From positions 1,178,001 through 1,242,000 of the forward strand of contig JAQGDQ010000021.1 in NCBI GenBank assembly GCA_030141605.1: a DNA stretch of 64,000 nt, given 5' to 3'. Each line of letters starts with the position of its first letter. Position 1 is the stretch's first letter. This DNA comes from Tubiluchus corallicola. Lineage: Eukaryota; Animalia; Priapulida. The position numbers and the translations under genes are program-made. Below the pieces are notes generated by a model. The model worked only from the letters and a program-made list of their open reading frames with translations. It was not told the origin of the DNA and did not search any database. Shown in pieces: positions 59,693 to 64,000 of the stretch.

Positions 59693-60430
59693 GTAAGGTA
59701 AGTTCCTTGGGATATACTTTAAAATACCCCTTTCTTTCCCTTTAAGGATTGTTATCAGCCCAAATGTCTGCAAAATTTATCAGCACAATGACTGTCGAGA
59801 AATTTCTAACAACTTTTTCTCACGTCTGTCATTTTTGGTTAATGGAGATCCATGACCATGATACATAAGTTTGCGATCCTCAACAAAAATAGAATTGTTT
59901 ATTGATGCTTCGGCGTCATCAATTCCATGGCTTCACTACCACACTAAAATGACATAACTAATAGGTATACCCAGCGACTGGCATACAATTTGCAGTAGTT
60001 GTGTTGCCAAGTATACATATTTTTGTTGCGCGAAGAAAGGTTAAAACACAAAGTTGATAAACATTCTGATTCTTGGTTGGTTTGGGTCCTCTGACAATAA
60101 CGCTTTTACGAGTTCTTTTTAATTCGATGTCAATTAAGAAACAGAAAATCCTATAATTAGTAATCCTTCTGTTAGTGTATAAGTTAAAGAAACAAGAAAT
60201 ATGCCTTTGACATTCACATTATCAGTTAATGTAGAAAGAAATTCCAATTTGCCATATGTTACACACGTGTCAAAAAGGGTGGTACGCTGGCGTTTCATTT
60301 GTTTTTATATCCTATATGCAAAAAGCCGCCTAGCCGAGAACAATAATAACATTAAAGTATTTTTGTGCAGTGCTTCTGTTTGTTATGTATTTCTATTGCA
60401 AGCTAAAGCAAGGCCGCGTAGCTAAATAAA

Positions 60431-61630
60431 TTGCTTTCTAGCTCCACTTCTACTTCAACTTTGACTTCTACTGCTTCTACTTTTGCTTCTTTTCTGTTTC
60501 TATTATTCTGTTTGTACTTCTATTTTTATTTTTACTTCTATTTCGCTTTCGATTTCTACTTTTACTACTTTTACTTTGACTTCTCTTGTACTTCTACTTT
60601 TGCTTTGATTTCTCTTGCACTTCTACTTTCACATTGACTTCTCTTGTACTTCTACTTTTACTTTTACTTCTCTTGTATTTCTACTTTTATTTTAACTTCT
60701 CTTGCACTTCTACTTTCATATTGACTTCTCTTGTACTTCTACTTTCACATTGACTTCTTTTGTACTTCTACTTTCACTTTAATATCTCTTGTACTTCTAC
60801 TTTTACTTTGACTTCTCTTGTACTTCTACTTTTACTTTTACTTCTCTTGTACTTCTACTTTTACTTTTACTTCTCTTGTACTTCTACTTTTACTTTAATA
60901 TCTCTTGTACTTCTACTTTTACTTTGACTTCTCTTGTACTTCTACTTTTACTTTTACTTCTCTTGTACTTCTACTTTTACTTTAATATCTCTTGTACTTC
61001 TACTTTTACTTTTACTTCTCTTGTACTTCTATTTTTACTTTTACTTCTCTTGTACTTCTACTTCTACTATGAGCTCTCTTTTACTTCTACCTTTACTATG
61101 AGCTCTCTTGTACTTCTACTTTTACTATGAGCTTTCTTGTACTTCTACTTTTACTTTGAGCTCGCTTGTGCTTCAACCTTTACTTTGAGCTCTCTTGTAC
61201 TTCTACTTTTACTTTGAGCTCGCTTGTGCTTCAACCTTTACTTTGAGCTCTCTTGTACTTCTACTTTTACTATGAGCTCTCTTGTACTTCTACTTTTACT
61301 TTGAGCTCGCTCGTGCTTCAACCTTTACTTTGAGCTCTCTTGTACTTCTACTTTTACTATGAGCTCTCTTGTACTTCTACTTTTACTTTGAGCTTGCTTG
61401 TGCTTTAACCTTTACTTTGAGCTCTCTTGTGCTTCTACTTTTACTTCGAGCTCGCTTGTGCTTCTACTATTACTTCTTTTGTTATAAATGTCTACTTATA
61501 CTTTTGCTTATATATCATGTTCGACTTCGACTTCGATTTCGACTTTTCTGTTTCTACATTGTTTTTTCTTCTACTTTTTCTTTTACTTCAACTTCTACTT
61601 CTACTTCGGTTTTCACTTTTTTCACTTCTA
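60431..61630. repeat. Pyrimidine-rich compound satellite (hexamer, 29-bp unit and 58-bp dimer)
   Basis: TACTTY hexamers at the edges; CTTCTCTTGTACTTCTACTTTTACTTTKA units in the centre; GAGCTC-containing alternating units from ~61070 to 61460. Confidence 0.92.
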
Positions 61631-64000
61631 TAACATAAAGTCAAAGAGATTATTTAGAATAACCTTAATGTTAATAGCGAAGCAGCCATTTTAAGGTTTC
61701 ACTAGACAAGTTTCCGTATCTGTTTCATCTAATAAATTGCCAAATCATAGACAGAAGACAGAATATGTGGGTGGTGAATATTGTGCTGGGGGTGGTGGTG
61801 GTAACAGCGAAGGCTGAAGCAGTGACAGTGGCCATGGCGCTTGCTATAGCGTTATTGGTTTAATATTACAATATGAATAGCTTCTACCATCTGCAAATTT
61901 CACACGTCTGTATTAAAGTCCAATAAATTGTGCACTTTCATCTACATTAATATTGATCACATCATTGATGAAAACTTGAGCTCGGCAGTCGCATGATAGA
62001 AAAAGATGAATAATTCAAATCTCTGCTTTGCTGGGCACTTAGAATAGATGAATGAAATATATATAAACAAGAACACGGCATAAGTGGCCACTTACCGCAA
62101 TTCTCGAACGTGCAGTGATGTCACAAACAGCTAGAAATGGGACGAAAGTTAAACGAAAGTAAATTATTTTCTCGTTACAAGACGAGCAAGGTAGATTTCG
62201 TTAGTGCTTTTGCAATTTTCATTTAATAGTTACTTCAAATTAAAGGGCAACAGGTCCCAATTTTATACTATTACACTTATCTAACATAGAAAATATTGAA
62301 AGACAATATAATTGTTACATCAAAAATGACTTGGTTGAAAAAATTATTACAGAAACCAAATTAGGCGTTCGCGTGGTTGATTTTTCGCTATTGCACGTGT
62401 TCTGACATTCCAGTTAGATGGACACTAGTGCTGGCATTTTGGAAACGCGCTGTACCTGATCATAAAAACACAGTTCAATTGTGAAGTATTGCACACGTGC
62501 GACAACTCACGCATTAGCACAGCGGTAAACTGGAAATTCAAATTTTTAAACATAAATTCACGAAGTTTTTCTCTATCACAGTCAATGTCGTACAGTAGCA
62601 CTGTACCTTGATAACTCGTGCAAAGCGCTAATGGAATGTTTGTACTGTCGAAAATTATGTTTAATTGTAATGTCATTTCTAATTGGGCACGGCCCTCATT
62701 AATTAAGTTTAAATTAAACTATTATGTAGTTATTAGAAACACTTTGGCAGTATTGTAGGTGTTAAAATGTACAGTTTTTATCGCATTTCAAAATAGGATA
62801 CAGTTTTTCTTTAAGTGAAAATGGATGATTTCATCGCAAACTGACTGCATGTGGTGTAGCTTTGGCACGCATAATGGGTAGTCAGCACAATCCACAGTGC
62901 CTCTATTTCCCCTATTAAATGCGGAAGAATACAGCTGGCAATTTTGTGTAACATCCTCATTCCTCGACTAGGGAAGAATGTTGCTTTCACTCCTATGTCT
63001 TTCACCTAGTGTGCAACCTTCATGTAAATATTTACGGGCGTAGACGCAGTCGTATATTTTTATGACGAATGATTTCTACCAACGTTGTAACAGCAAGGAT
63101 TGTGAGATGAGACGAAGTTGGTATAGCACAAATCTTGTACATGATTGAAAGCTTTAAGAATCATAACTTTAGCAAGACATGCCGTAGCCCAACTTGTGTA
63201 GTTGTAAATCCAGTACATATCTTACTACTTATAATTGAATCCAAGCCAATTTTATTACAGGGACATAAAAACATAGTCAAAAACAACACAGCTTTATTAA
63301 AAATTTTTACATTAAAAGTTAAAAGTCAAAATCCCGTCAAACGTTTCGACTAGCTGCGGTCTGCTTATTCATTACCTATATGGCTTTTGTAAGCACATAA
63401 TTAGTGCTTATGTTGCTGTATCAGTTTCTTTGCTGTCTGTTTATTCATTATCTATTTCACTTCTGTTAACTACTTAATTAGTGCACAATAGGCTCCGATT
63501 ACATAAACTAGATGTATGTTTGTAAATTTACCACTGATGATGACAGCAGTAGCTAGTCGAAATGTTTGGCATGGTTTTAACTTTTAACTTTTTAATGTAA
63601 AACTTTTTAATAAAGTTGTGTTATTTTTGACTATAATTGAATCCATTTTTGACATCCATATGTGGCAGTTATGCCTTTTGTGCTTAAGTAGACATAATTA
63701 CTTCTTTCTAATATTACTATCAAAATTATTGGCATTGACAGGCAATTGGTGAAATTTTGAAATATGCAATTTGCTTCAGATCGAATCGGTTTCATGATTT
63801 CTGCTATTACACAGCCATAAAGCACTACAGTGATATAATAGGTATAATAGCCCTTTGACAGTCGTCACACTGGCCAAGCCAGGTCTTCCTGCAGTGGTTT
63901 CGGGATTTAAAAACTGCCCGAACATTGCCTGTAAAAACATTCTTAATTTTCTAAGGCATCCATAATTGATAGTTTTCGAGAGATTTATATCTCTTTGAAA

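Noticed and set aside
60431-61694. Hydrophobic Phe/Tyr/Leu ORFs resembling membrane proteins
   Set aside because: Translation of the pyrimidine-rich satellite.

Overview
This is AT-rich, intron-rich eukaryotic DNA, most likely from an invertebrate animal; it is not prokaryotic, and no CRISPR array, intact rRNA or intact tRNA gene was seen. Gene models were built by hand from splice sites and reading phase. (1) A complete 23-coding-exon exportin-4 (XPO4) on the minus strand, with two minor-spliceosome (U12-type) introns, one of them AT-AC. (2) A head-to-head 7-exon LDLa-domain single-pass membrane protein with PTAP and two PPxY motifs. (3,4) A tandem pair of divergent protein-O-mannose-kinase (POMK/SGK196)-like secretory-pathway kinases; one has Asn in place of the metal-binding Asp, suggesting a kinase/pseudokinase pair. 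(5) An SLC16/MCT-family transporter. (6) The first coding exon of a stum/SPEC3-family membrane protein. Introns and intergenic DNA hold many MITE-like elements, a SINE, a mariner relic and several mini/microsatellites. All family assignments come from recalled motif similarity, not database searches.
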